A stretch of 63,335 nt of DNA, filler included, from Pirum gemmata (taxonomy: Eukaryota), in NCBI GenBank assembly GCA_002812295.1. It is 19 parts of 19 records of this genome, joined end to end, with 100 filler letters (N's around TTAATTAATTAA, not from the genome) between each part and the next. Parts side by side here need not be neighbours in the genome. Positions count along the whole stretch, not along the records: positions 47,688 to 50,714 come from PDIN01003640.1; positions 50,815 to 53,824 come from PDIN01003642.1; positions 53,925 to 57,021 come from PDIN01003643.1; positions 57,122 to 60,192 come from PDIN01003644.1; positions 60,293 to 63,335 come from PDIN01003645.1; 14 more parts are not named here. One strand, given 5' to 3'. The translations under genes were made by a program, and so were the position numbers. Each line of letters starts with the position of its first letter. The first letter of the stretch is position 1. Positions 49,213 through 63,299 of this stretch are shown piece after piece. The notes beneath the pieces are model-generated. The model was not told the origin of the DNA, did not search any database, and saw nothing but the letters and a program-made list of their open reading frames with translations.

Positions 49213-49909
49213 ATTGTTGTTGTTGTTGTTGTTGTTGTTGGATATTATGATTTATAAAAAAAGAGGATACCAATATTTTCGCCATGATAATTTAAAGTGA
49301 ATTCAAGCTAAGAATTCGCAAAAAAGTCTTGTAAAAGTTGTAAAAAAAAGTTTTTTGGGCAATTTTTTGCTATCATACGGGTTCATACCGTATAGTATGA
49401 TGTCAAAATCCAAAAATATTAAAATGCTCCAATTTTAATAAAAGTCCTACCAAATTATGAGAAATTATTTAACTAATAAAACTCTATTATGAACCAATGG
49501 TCAGCTTTTAAAAATAATTTGCATGGTGAATAGAGGTCTCAGAAAAGGAGTCTAAAATAAAAAAATTTCTTCAGTTTTATCCGACCTGGCTGTTAAAAAA
49601 AAAAATCCACCATTTTATATGAGTGGTGAGGTTTATTTACTGTATCATATAAACCATATATGTTTTTATTTTGGCACATTTTGAAATTGAAGACGTACCA
49701 AATTATCTATTAAATTATTATTCTGGTTAAACTATTAGGCATGTTTTAATTAATTTGGTATTTTATATATTTTTTAAACAAGTTCGCAAACACCCCCTAC
49801 CAGGTAGTCTAAGTAGGCCTTAGTTAAAGTAGTAGACCCCGCTGGTAGACCCCGGTCAAGCTCGCTAGCTAGGGCCTACCAAAGATTCTTAGCTAGAGCT
49901 AGACTAGTA

Positions 49910-50130
49910 GGGGTGAGATGACGTCATTTTATTATTACCGAACAGCTGCCGGAACTTTTCCGATTTATAGTTTCATTACTATTAATGTTAATATTATTAC
50001 TTTAATTGGTATATACTATAATTATATTTACTATTTTAAGCTATGTAACTGCTATTATTAGTAAAATACGGAACTAAGATTGGCTCGATAGGCATCTGTT
50101 CGAAAAAAGTTCTAGTAGATATCTCACCCC
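49910..50130. mobile_element. MITE-like family E (TIR GGGGTGAGAT/ATCTCACCCC, TA target duplication)
   Basis: TA at 49908-49909 and 50131-50132. Internally deleted copy at 59089-59231; related TA-flanked element at 59582-59811. Confidence 0.82.
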
Positions 50131-51320
50131 TACTGCTAGACTCCACTAGCTAGCTAGCTAGCTAGTGACTCAACTTTTGTCTAGCTAGCTAGCTAGCTAC
50201 TAACTAATAAAGTATCATAGTGTGGCGCTCTTAAAATTTAATAGAGTATATATAGTACAGGGTTTTTCCTATCTGAAAAAAAAAAATTCAACCCGGTACA
50301 GTATTACCTAAAAAAGAAATTTTGAACTGAAATTTTTAAAAAGCTCTTTGAAAAATTTCAGACACCGGGAAGAAAAAACGCAGGGATTATTTTTTAATTT
50401 TCCGGAGGTGCAGGGACATTTCCAAAAAAAGAAGTCACCAACCACACAACACAACGCAAAAAAGACAAGAAACTAAAAAAAATCTTTTTTTTTTTAATTT
50501 TTTTTTTTACTATAAATACTTCTCCATGTTTGTTTTATCTTTACGAAAAAATCATAATAACAACACCCCAGAAATTGTTTTTACAAAGAGATATAAAAAG
50601 TATTATTTATTATTATCATTATTATTACTATTACTATTACTATTACTATTACTATTATTGCTATTACTATTATTATCACTATTATTATCACTTTATTATT
50701 ATTATTATTATTATNNNNNNNNNNNNNNNNNNNNNNNNNNNNNNNNNNNNNNNNNNNNTTAATTAATTAANNNNNNNNNNNNNNNNNNNNNNNNNNNNNN
50801 NNNNNNNNNNNNNNAACAATAAAATAATAAAATAATAAAATAATAAAACAATAAAACAATAAAAAAATAAAATAAAAACAATAAAACAATAAAACAATAA
50901 AATAATAAAATAATAAAATAATAAAACAATAAAACAATAAAAAAATAAAATAAAAACAATAAAACAATAACACAATAAAACAACAAAACAACAAAACAAT
51001 AAAACAAAAAAAACAAAAAAACAAAAAAACAACAACACAATTAAACAATTAAACATGCAATCATACAAGTAACATTACAACATTGCAATAATGAAAAAAT
51101 GATGGAATAAACAGAAAAAAAGAAAAAAGCAAAAAAGCAAAAAGCAAAAAGCAAAAAAAGTAATGAAATAGCAATAAAACAATAAAGAGGCAATGAAGTA
51201 ATAAAGTAATACTGAGACAATAACAAAGCAAGCAATATTGACATGGCTAATAAAAACAAAACTATAGACAAACAAAATAAATAAAGAAGGAACAAAACAA
51301 AAACGATACAAATCTTTTAC

Positions 51321-51728
51321 CTCGCTACTTACAACAGTTAATCTTTCTATCCAAGGTAGACTGTCTGCTTGTGATATTTGTTGTAACTTCCTTTTCATGC
51401 TTTCCGTGTCATATTCAAAAACCTCTTCTTCGTCTTGTTCGTCATGTTCTTCCTGTTCCTCTTCACTTTCACACTCTGGATTTAAGGTCTCAACTACTTC
51501 AGTATCATCAAATTCTAAATCTTCATCAACACTATCACTATTATCACTGTTATTTTCGCTTTTATTAGTTTCAACAATGTGTTTCTTCTTATTCTCAATT
51601 TCTGATTTTTTCTTGTTTAGTGTCTTTATGGATGTGTGTTTCTTGGAACTTTTTGACTTAGTAGTTTTAACATTTTTACTGTTTGAAAGACCAAGTATCT
51701 CCCCAAAATCACTTTCTGAATCGCTCAT
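51321..51728 (-). CDS. EBP2: rRNA-processing protein EBP2, exon 1
   Basis: MSDSESDF..., acidic tract, YDTESMKRKLQQISQADSLPWIERLTVVSSE, then a phase-0 GT donor; LPWIERL.V is the Ebp2 motif. Confidence 0.82.
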
Positions 51729-51810
51729 GTTATGCAAAGTAATAAAAATAATAGTATTAATAATATGTAGTGTAATAAATAATAATGATAATGATAATGA
51801 TAATGATGAC

Positions 51811-51841
<31 letters not shown>

Positions 51842-51977
51842 GAACTAAATGTAATAATAGTAATAAGGGTGATGATAATGTTAATGTTAGAAACAACAAC
51901 AACAGCAGCAATAATGATGATGGTGACACTTGAAATTATGTAATGACAAAGGTGACAAAATTAAACAGGAAATTAAA

Positions 51978-52222
51978 CGTTAGTGAACTTTTTTTTTTTT
52001 AATAACTGGGGTTAGTGCTATCGTAAAAAAAACCCCGAATCGAGTTTGGTTTTGGAACGAGTGAGTATTTTTTTTGGCTAGGCAACGAAAGAGTGACGAA
52101 CGGAGTTCAAAGCGAGTGAGTTGACAGACCAAAAAAATAAGCGAACGAGTGAACAAAAATAAAGCGAGTGAGTTTTTTTTTACATAGAACACCCCAGTTA
52201 TTAAAAAAAAAGTTCACTAACG
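51978..52222. mobile_element. ~245-bp inverted-repeat element, followed by a 20-bp tandem repeat (52330-52406)
   Basis: CGTTAGTGAAC(T)nAATAACTGGGGT mirrored by ACCCCAGTTATT(A)nGTTCACTAACG; GTGTCACTCTTTCGCAGTAA x4. Confidence 0.65.
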
Positions 52223-52538
52223 ATGGTTAGTGCGTTTTTTTCGCAAAAAAAAAAACCGTATTTGGTTAGTGTCACTCTTTCCAAAAAAGGTAATTTTATT
52301 AATTAAAAAGAGTGACACTAACCTGGGTTAGTGTCACTCTTTCGCAGTAAGTGTCACTCTTTCGCAGTAAGTGTCACTCTTTCGCAGTAAGTGTCACCCT
52401 TTCGCAAAAAACCCCACTTTTTATCACAAGGCCCTCTCAGTTTTCATAATAAAAAGTGGAATGTTCGAAACTGGCCAAAAATAGATCAACTAAAAACCTC
52501 GGTCAGTAAAAAAAGTTCATTAGTAAAAATACACTAAC

Positions 52539-53159
52539 CTGTCTTTGCAAACTTTTTCAATTCACGTTGCTTTTTCGCCTGTTGTGATGTTTCAATAGAT
52601 TCTCTGTCAGCAATCAAGGTACGGCGCACCTAAAATAATGATAAAAAAGGAAGTTAAAAAAAAAATTTTAAACAACAATTTTGTATATAGAAACAATTAT
52701 CTCAATAATGTGTTATTATCAAATTATTTTTATTACTTTTTGCATGTGCTGGTCGGTTTTGATCATTTCAGCAAAAAAGTCTTCAGGGCGCTCAAAAGGA
52801 ATACCTGGATAAAAGAGAGTAAGATAAATGAAAAATTGGTTATTTTAAGTATTGCTGTTGTTATCATATATGCCCTTGGCTTGTTACCTCTATATGCAAA
52901 TACACACTTGAACGAAATGATGGTAAGTGAAACTTTATAACGATAATCACAAAGTAACCAATGTATCATAGTAATACAATAATAGTAAGATTATTAAGAA
53001 TAAAACGATGGAATCACAATAAAATAGAAGGAAAAAAAATAGTCATAAAATACCCAGTGTTGTGATTTTTTCTCTTCCAATTTCAACAGCTTCCAACGCT
53101 TGTTGATAAAAAGCTAACTCCCGAGTGGTGTCATCATTGACATTTTCCACGATTGTAGG
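52539..53159 (-). CDS. EBP2: EBP2 exons 2-4 (53159-53054, 52804-52737, 52629-52539)
   Basis: Phase-compatible GT-AG splicing gives PTIVENVNDDTTRELAFYQQALEAVEIGREKITTL-G-IPFERPEDFFAEMIKTDQHMQK-VRRTLIADRESIETSQQAKKQRELKKFAKT, the conserved Ebp2 core. Confidence 0.9.
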
Positions 53160-53938
53160 CTAGTGAGAAAATTAAAAGTCGTTAGTAAATTGGAATGTTG
53201 GGAAAGATACATTATATCCAGTAAAATGCGGAAACGAAAATTAGAACATTTTATCATAAATTTTAAGCATTAAGCATTAAATGAGATAATAACAATAATA
53301 ATAATAATAAGGAATCTAACAAAGAAAGACAGAGTAGCCAGTCAACATACAGGTTCAATACGATATTGTATTAAATAACACATGATACAACACAACAATA
53401 AGATTTACAACAACAAACTAATAACATGATATTATTATACATATTGCAAAAACAGACCAATACAAAGATATTATTCAACAAAAACAATGAAGATCAAAAG
53501 CACCACAAATGCAACACACACACAACGTAGCAAGGAAGCAATAAACAGAAAATCAGAGGGAAAGAGAAAAATAATGAGTAATGAAGAATGAAGAATGAAT
53601 AACGAACAACGAATAATGAATAAATAATGAACAATTAAATAATGAAGCAACAAAACAATAAAGAATATAGCAAAGAAACAATAAATAAAAAAAACAATAA
53701 AACAATAAAACAATAGGATAATAAATCAATAAATCAATAAAACTATGAAACTATAAACAGTAAAGTAATAAACAGTGAAAAACAATGAAGAAATAAAACA
53801 ATAAAACAATAAAACAATAAAACANNNNNNNNNNNNNNNNNNNNNNNNNNNNNNNNNNNNNNNNNNNNTTAATTAATTAANNNNNNNNNNNNNNNNNNNN
53901 NNNNNNNNNNNNNNNNNNNNNNNNTAGCGGTAATAGCG

Positions 53939-54002
<64 letters not shown>

Positions 54003-54044
54003 ATACAAACAGAAAATAAAAGCCAAATAGAGAAGTACCCTTAC

Positions 54045-54324
54045 CTTTTAAGGACGAATAATAATCCACTGATTCCGTAGAAACTTTCGAAATTTGATTA
54101 TTCTCCAAAAAAATATTGAGTTTTTTTGAAATATTTTGACGAGAAAACAAACCATCAAATCCCTAAAATAACATTAATTATAAATAGTTAACCAAATTAG
54201 AATGTACGTATTCTTTTTACAATAGTATAAGTAGTACTATGTAGTAGTGAGTGGTGGTGATAGTGATGGTGGTGGTAGTACTAGTGGTAGTAGTACTTGT
54301 ACTAATATCAGTAGTAGTAGTAGC

Positions 54325-54374
<50 letters not shown>

Positions 54375-54375
54375 C

Positions 54376-54422
<47 letters not shown>

Positions 54423-54423
54423 N

Positions 54424-54501
<78 letters not shown>

Positions 54502-54510
54502 ATGTAGTAA

Positions 54511-54570
<60 letters not shown>

Positions 54571-54575
54571 ATGTA

Positions 54576-54651
<76 letters not shown>

Positions 54652-54666
54652 ATGTAGTAAAAGTAA

Positions 54667-54713
<47 letters not shown>

Positions 54714-54826
54714 GTAGCATTAGTAACATTCTACTTAATAGGGTAAGTTGAATATAAATCATCGTTATTGTTATATTATGAGTATGTATATTACATTTGT
54801 TGGTGGTGCTTATGGTGTATTGATGT

Positions 54827-54869
<43 letters not shown>

Positions 54870-55080
54870 GCGTTTCTATTACCGTTATTATTGTTGTTCG
54901 GTATTTGTTATTATTATTGTTTATATTTTATTTTACATTATTCCTGCTTGTTATGTCGTTGTGTGTTTAATATTATTACCGTTATTTCAGACAAAAAATT
55001 AAATTCAAAATGTAAATGTTCTAATGAGTCGATCACTGGTAAAAATGCATGTTTGTGTATTTTCGCTATTTTATTCGCCT
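54045..55080 (-). CDS. Leucine-rich repeat protein, two internal exons (55080-54980, 54162-54045)
   Basis: ANKIAKIHKHAFLPVIDSLEHLHFEFNFLSEIT-GFDGLFSRQNISKKLNIFLENNQISKV... carries LxxLxLxxNxL/IxxI motifs; splice phases match. Confidence 0.65.
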
Positions 55081-56986
55081 CTATACTCAATAATCAGAAA
55101 CCGGTTAGGGTTAGGGTGAGGATTAGGGTTAGGGTTAAATATAAATGGATCACTCTCAATTATGAAAATCGTATTCTAAATTAGAGTAGGCAATAATAAT
55201 AATAATAATAATAACAATAATAATAATAATAGTAATAACAACAATAATAATAATAATAATAATAAGAACCACAATCACAACCACAACCACATAAGAAGAA
55301 GAAAAAAACTAAACAAAAAATAAATAAATGAAACAGTTGTATAATACAACTGCAACGATATTTTTATGAAATGGAAACGTACCCATTTTTTATTATTATT
55401 ATTATTATATTATATTTGTGTTTCTAGTTCTTATAAAGTTGGAGTAATGTTAATTATGATAAGCAAACATCAAAAATCAAATTCACAAAAACAACAAAAT
55501 AATAGTATATTCTTAAAAGCTCCATAAAACCATTGTTTTTCTTCTTTATTATTATTATTTAAATACTTTTTTTTATATTTATTGAAGTCCTTGATTTATC
55601 CAAAAAAGTACCTCATTTTTAAACATTTTACTTATAATAACTAAATAATTCTACCCTAAAAACCCTAATCCTAACCCTAACCCTAACCAAGGACCCTAAC
55701 CCTCTAACCCTAACCCTAACCCTAACCCCTAACCCTAACTCTAACCCTTAACCCTAACCCTTAACCCTAACCCTTAAAAACCCTAATTATAACCCTAACC
55801 CCAACCCCTAACTAACCCTAGCTAACCCTAACCCTAACCCTAACCCTAACCCTACCCCCACCCCAACACCCTAACCCTAACCCTAACCCTAACCCTCACC
55901 CTCACACAACCTAACCCTAACCCTAACCCCATTTAATTTGATGGGTAGAATATTAAAGTTTAGGTCAAATTTAAACAAAATATTATTTTATATTGCCCAT
56001 GTAAAAATAAAAAAAAACTGTAGCTAGCTCAGGTAGCTAGCTAGCTAGCTAGAGGTATCAGATACTAGCTATCGATAGCTAGAGTTAGGAGACTACCCCC
56101 CAGTCGTTTAATAAGAGCCCCCCCCGGTCTCCCCGACTAGAGACTAGACTAGCTAGCTACTAGCTAGCCCCAATGCCAGGCCCCAATGCTTTACCTTTTA
56201 AAAGTATCAATTTAAGTTTTATAACCCTCCAAATAAATAATTAGAGTGAGAAAGTAAGTCTAAGAGTCTACTACTAGTAAGACTCTCTAGTAGTAAGAGT
56301 AGTAAGACTAGTCTAGTTATGATAGTAGTCTAGTAGTCTAACTAAGAGTCTAAGACTCGAGACTCGACGGGCCAAAAAACATGATGCTCGTGACTAGATG
56401 CTCGTGACTAAAAAAATGGTATTTTTAAATTTTATTTTGGTATTTTTTATTATTGCACACATTTGGCACACATTGCATTCGTCTATAGTTGCAATTAGTG
56501 TTGCTTGCTTTCAGTGCTCCACATTTCAAACAAAAGTAGACCAACAAAATTTTTAGCTATTTATCTTTCAAATAGAATCTGTGACTCTATTTACACCTTT
56601 CCACTAGCTAGGTGTGAAATTCCATCAGCTAGCTAACTAGCTAGTTTAGTAGTAGTCTAGCTAGCTATCGATAGCTAGTTTCAAATAATTATCAAGATAT
56701 TATTGTTTTTCAAATAGCCACAACCTTAGTAGTACTATGATAGCTTGACTATTATTAATAATCATCTTCATCATCTTCATCATAATCATAATAGTACTAA
56801 TCATATTCATGTTCATATTCATATTCATAATCGTAAACAATAATAAACAATAATAAGCAATAATAAACATATATCTGTAATAATGAATATACTAAAGCCA
56901 TGGATAGGAAATCAAAGGCTGTTTGGCAATAAACTGGCGTTGAAATTAGAAAAGAGTTTTCCTCCCTTTGCTACTATAAATGATGG

Positions 56987-57021
<35 letters not shown>

Positions 57022-58860
57022 NNNNNNNNNNNNNNNNNNNNNNNNNNNNNNNNNNNNNNNNNNNNTTAATTAATTAANNNNNNNNNNNNNNNNNNNNNNN
57101 NNNNNNNNNNNNNNNNNNNNNTTTTTTTTTTTTTTTTTTTTTGTAATTACAATAATATGAATACTGTATATTTTTTTTATGATATGATATGATATCTACT
57201 TTTGAAGTAAAAAAAAAAAGACTAGATGATAGCACTAAGTAGCTCACAACCTCACATTTATTAAAACTCCAGCATATAAAGATATAAACTATCTTAAAAA
57301 AACAATGAATGTAATTTTTAGAACTTTTTTTAAACTTTTTTCAAAGTTTCGTGCTTTTATACAGTTTTTATATAATTATCTCAGATTCTCTTTTTCTCAC
57401 TTTTTTTTCTTATCTAAAACGCTAAGAAAAATGTAAAACAAAACACCCAAATAATTTTTATTTAGACCCAATTATTATAATTCGGTATATAATACTATGT
57501 ATTATTAGTAATAAAAACAAAAAAATATATTATATAACATACCACAAAAAAGTAGATCTGAAACTATTTTTAGTAGTTGGGTTTGCCAGGTTTGTCTGAT
57601 GTGAGTTTGCGTTTTCGCGTCAGACTACTGTCAAAATACTTTCGCAATTAATGTTTAAAAAATACCAACCCCACCCACAACGATTACAGGCACATTATGA
57701 TACCCTATTAGACCCTAACTCTAACCCTAACCCTAACTCTAACCCTAACCCTAACCCTACCCCTAACCCTAACCCTAACCCTAACCCTAACCCTAACCCT
57801 AACCCTAACCTAACCCTAACCTTATTTTTAATTAATATTAATAAAACCCCTAACCCTAACCCTAACCCAGACTAATAAATAAATTTATTATAAAAAATTT
57901 ATTACAAGACAAACTCAAACTGTCTGGAGAAATAGAAATATTGAAATATTAGGTCTCAATTTTAGAGTAAATATTATCAGATAGACTATCATAACTATTA
58001 CTGTGACGTCCATCACCATGACTGTAACTGTAACTAATCTATACCCTATTATAATAAACACTAACACTAACACTAACACTAACCCTAACACTAACGTTAA
58101 CCCTAACCCTAACCTAACTCTAAACCTAACCCTAGCCTTAACCCGAACTCTCTAATAAACTTCCTAGAATATATAGTAAGATAACACCTGTCCTAATAAA
58201 CAACTATCATTATTATTGTCTGATTTTATATATTAGCCCAAAAAAGAAAACAGAATTTTACATAAAAACTCGAAAAATTAGTGTCGCTTAGTTTTCGAGA
58301 TTGAAAATATCGTCTATTTCATTACAATTGTCAGTTGTCCTCTCACTCTTTTAAATAAACGTACCAAATAATTATTATTGTTAAACTATCAGACATGTTT
58401 TAATTAATTTGGTATTTTATACTTATTTTTGTATTTTACAAACAAGTTCAATTATACACTTAAAAAGTACCAAATAGCAGCACTATTGAAAAACAGGATA
58501 TTTTAATCGGGTCTCAAAACCTCTTTCTTTTGCTCCTTGCTCAAGATCACCAGCAGACATGCTTGTCAAATATCGCTTCAAGTATCATATTGATATCTCA
58601 GATATTGATATACCGGTATTATATAATAATATATTATATATTTAGACACTTTTTTGCGACAAATTTGACAAAATGTGCGAATCTTACCTATGCCTCTTTA
58701 TTAGGACCAAAACACTTTTGGTCATAATTTCAAAGTTCATTTTAAAATTAATAATAACTGCCTAAAACAGTTTAAGTCACACTTTCGAGCAATGACTTCT
58801 ATCAAAGAATAAGTGAGTCGTTCGTCTTCCTCGTTCGTTCTTTATTTTCTGCTACTGCTG

Positions 58861-58899
<39 letters not shown>

Positions 58900-61800
58900 T
58901 ATCATAAATGATATTTTTGAGCACCACTTGCAAAGTTGCACTTGTACTATCCCGTGAATGGGGGGGCGTGAAGGCCCGTGATAGCTAGCCAAGTTGCTTC
59001 AGCCACCACTGGCCCACCGCCACCAGCCTGGCAGTCCTGCCACCAGTTCTGCGGCTTCTGCCACCTCATTTGGAGTCATTCCACAGTAGGGGTGAGATGA
59101 CGTCATTTTATTATTACGGAACAGCTGACAGAACTTTTTCGATTTTTATGGTTTTTATTACTATTAATGTTAATATTATTATTTTAATTGGTATCTATTC
59201 GAAAAAAGTTCCAGTAGATATCTCACCACCCTGCATTAGTCCTCGGCAAGTCTAAATAAAGTCTACCGAGTTTTCAACTGTGTTTGTTGCCCAGTTCAAA
59301 AACACTAGTTCAAAAACAGAAAGAAATAAACGTACCAAAACTGTACAAAATAATTATTATTACAGTAATATTTTAACTAGTTTCGTATTTTATACTTAAT
59401 GTTATATTTTATAAATTATACACTTTAGTTAGACTACCGGTAGACCCCCTCTCGGTATAGTCTACTTAATATTGTATTTTATATAAACAAGTTAAATTAC
59501 ACACTTAAACAGTACCAAATTAAAGATTGAAAGAACAACTGTAATGAAATAGGTGATATTAAATATACTATGATAATTATAGGAGGGGTGAGAACTCTTA
59601 TGGCGAACTTTTTTGACCGAGGCACAAAGTAAATGTTGTTCGCCTGTTTCGCCTTACCATATTTAGTATTTGTAATTATTTATTTAGNNNNNNNNNNNNN
59701 NNNNTACTTTAAAAAGAGTTTATTATACTATTTATAGTAACTTTAGGCAAATTTCTGGAAGTTCGCCGGTCCGAGCATCCAATTGGTAAGATGACGTCAT
59801 CTCATCCCTCCTATAATTATTATAATTATAGACCTAGTCTATATACTTTTAAAATATAATATTATATTGATACATTTTTTATTAATAATAAATACTTTTT
59901 ATGTCATTTCTAATAAAGAGTCTACCGATACATATTTAAATAATATAGTATGATAGTATTAAAGGTACCCCTAACCCCTATTTTTTTACTCCATAGACCC
60001 CTAACCCCATAAACCCCTAATAATAACCCCTAGTAATAACCCCTAACCCCTAACCCCTAACCCTTATTAATAACCTCTAACCTCTAAACCCTAGTAATAA
60101 ACCCTAACCCCTAAACCCTAACTCTTAAAATAATAACCTCTAACCTCTAACCTCTAACCTCTAACCTCTAACCCCTACCTCTAACCCCTAACNNNNNNNN
60201 NNNNNNNNNNNNNNNNNNNNNNNNNNNNNNNNNNNNTTAATTAATTAANNNNNNNNNNNNNNNNNNNNNNNNNNNNNNNNNNNNNNNNNNNNAAAGAGTA
60301 CCAAATTAATACAATAAGAATCCATTTCATTTAATTTGGTATATTTTATTATCTATGTATTAACTTAAAAATATCAATTTAAATATTATAATACTCCAAA
60401 TAAATATTCGGAGTGACAAAATAAATGAAAAGCACGATTAATTATATTATATTGATATAAATATATCGTTCGTAATAGTTATACGTATATAATTAATCAT
60501 AATATACATTATTAATATTATTATATCTATAATAGACTAATAATAACACAGTAGTATAATAATATTAGTGGTAAATGGTAGTGGAAGTATCATAGCAGTA
60601 GTAGTAGTAGTAGAAGTAACGTTAACAGTAGTAGTAGTAGTACGTATTAATAACCCTAATTTAATACAAATCCTAACACTAAAAGTCCCTAACCCTAACC
60701 CTAGCCCTAACTCTAACACCTTTAACGCTAAAGCTAACCCTAACCCTAACTCTAACCGGTCTAGCTTGTAATTAAATAACCAAGTCTTTCTAGCATAGAT
60801 GGCTCTTTGTCCAAGTAAATTTTGCATGTAATCGAAAACCTCGAATATAATACCCTTGTTTTAGCTCCAAAAACACTAACCTATTTCAAATATATTTTTT
60901 TAAAAAAAGCAAAGCATCACAACGTTATGTAATGCTAAGAACAGGAAAGTCAATACTTCTACACAAAAATAACAACACAAATTTTATTGATCATATAATA
61001 TTATAGTCATAATTATTTTAGAATAATTATATTTATGAAAATTGCAACAAAACAAAGTAAATTTAAAAAACACTAACAAAACAGGAGGGGTAACACCCTG
61101 TTATATATTATTATGTGGCACTATACCGTGTTTACCTTAAATGGTAATATATTGGCCTAATATGGTTATTTTGCTGGTACCCAGGTTAGGGTTAGGTGTT
61201 AGTTAGGGTTAGGGTTTAGCGATAGGATTAGGGTTAGGGGTTAGGGTTAAGGTTAGGGTTAGGACTGGTTAGGGTTTAATTAGGGTTTAGCGATAGGATT
61301 AGGGTTAGGGGCCAGGGTTAAGGTTAGGGTTAGGACTGGCTAGGGTTTAATAGGACTGGTTAGGGTTTAATAGGACTGGTTAGGGTTAGGGTTAGGGTTA
61401 GGGTTAGGGTTAGGGTTAGGGTTAGGGTTAGGGTTAGGGTTAGGAGGTTATGATAAGGATTATGGTTAGGGTTAGGGTTAGGGTTTTTAGGGGGTGGGCA
61501 AACTCAATATCATATCGTAGGATAAAGAATAATAATAATAATTAATACTGGTATGCATATGATAACAGACTATCCATTGTAAGTTTTGAACGGCACTATA
61601 ATAGCATATTATTCTTATAATGCTTATTACGATAATAAAAAAATTGCCTGTCTGAATTTGGCTTGGGCTGCTTGGTTAGGGTTAGGGTTAGGGTTAGGGT
61701 TAGGGTTAGGGTTAGGGTTACGAGTTAGGGTTAGGGTTAGGTTTAGGATAAGGATTAGGGTTAGGGTTAGGGTTAGGGTTAGGGTTATAATTAGGGTTTT

Positions 61801-62429
61801 TAGGGGGTGGGCAAACTCAATAAATTTATAAATAATATCGTACAATAAAAAATAATAATAGTAATTAATACTGGTATGCATACTATGATAACAGACTATC
61901 GATATCATTGTAAGTTAAAAACGGCACTATAATAACATATTATGCTTGTGGTGCTATAATATTACGAATCTACGATAATAAAAAAATTGCCTTTCTGGTG
62001 GGGGTGGGGGGTTACGAATCTTACGATAGGTTCACCTGGATGTAGGCATTGGTAACTGCTGGAATTTGATTGATGATTTCTTTAAATTTCCTTTTTGGTT
62101 TTTTGATCTTCAGTAAACCAATAGCGTTAGATGCAGGGTAGGGTTTTTACGTTTATAAACGTATCGTCTTTGACCAGTTCAATAAACTGAAATAAACGTA
62201 TCAAATTATTATTATGGTTAAACTATCAGACATGTTTTAATTAATTTGGTATTTTTTATATAATGTTTTATTTTATAAAAAAGTTCAATTACACACTTAA
62301 AACTTACCAAATTAAAGATTCAGAGGGCAATAGACGATCCTCTAGTAGATTCTACTGTGAGTCTAACTAGCTAGATCAGCCTATCATAATCGTAGTCTAG
62401 CTATCTAGCAATTTATTTTGTCAACCCCC

Positions 62430-62622
62430 CCTCAATTCTGCTCGAGCTCGAAATTTCGAATTTCTGCTGTCAGTCCTGTTCGAAATGTTTTTTTTACATT
62501 TTTTCGGGTTTATAAATAAATAAATATACTTGAATACTTCACTGTTAACTTAAATTTTTCGAACTTATTTAAATAATGCAGAGGCTCGAAAACTCGATTT
62601 TTAAATAAAGCAGAATTGGGAA
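62430..62622. mobile_element. MITE-like family G (TIR CAATTCTGCT/AGCAGAATTG)
   Basis: Inverted termini; reverse-oriented homolog at ~26007-26167. Confidence 0.7.
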
Positions 62623-62940
62623 GCCTGCTAAAAAGCACAACAGTTATGATAGACTTTTCTAGTAGTCTAGTCTATGATAAGTTGTGTCAATACTCATTAA
62701 TGACATCATCATAAACACAGACCCTCTTCCACCATCTGATGCTATCAAATGAAATTATAAGCTTTTAGATTGTGTTTTAAGCCATTAAAATGACAATGTA
62801 GAAAAAGAGTATTCAAAAAGTGACGTCATTAGTAAATATTCCCTTAAAATCGGCTATACTTGAGCTTGCATGTATATAAATACATCATAATGAAATTAAA
62901 TCTGACTCCATTATTAATTAATATTAATCCTTAAACTTAG

Positions 62941-62983
62941 CCTAACCCTAAACCTAACAACAACAACAATAACAACAACAACC

Positions 62984-63035
<52 letters not shown>

Positions 63036-63060
63036 GCAACAACAACAACAACAACAATTT

Positions 63061-63091
<31 letters not shown>

Positions 63092-63299
63092 AATTATGAG
63101 ACTAATGAACATTATCGGTTGTATGAATTTTATATTGACCCTATTACTGGGTCTTCTTCAAATATTCGGGATCATTTGTCGCAGTTTCTTGCGCATTATA
63201 TGATTCCTTCTTGTTATGTTATTGTTGACCACATGCCTTCCCATCCGATTACCGGCAAGTGTGATATTCGTGCTTTGCCACCCCCACCTAAACGAGCAG
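62941..63299 (+). CDS. Internal exon of an NRPS-type adenylation (AMP-binding C-terminal) domain with a poly-Asn insert
   Basis: IRDHLSQFLAHYMIPSCYVIVDHMPSHPITGKCDIRALPPP matches the A9 (YMIP) and A10 (GK.D..ALP) motifs; GT donor at 63300; exon start uncertain. Confidence 0.78.

Noticed and set aside
52638..52940. + strand 100-aa ORF with a TM-like segment
   Set aside because: Antisense to EBP2 exon 3 and its introns, which explain the sequence.
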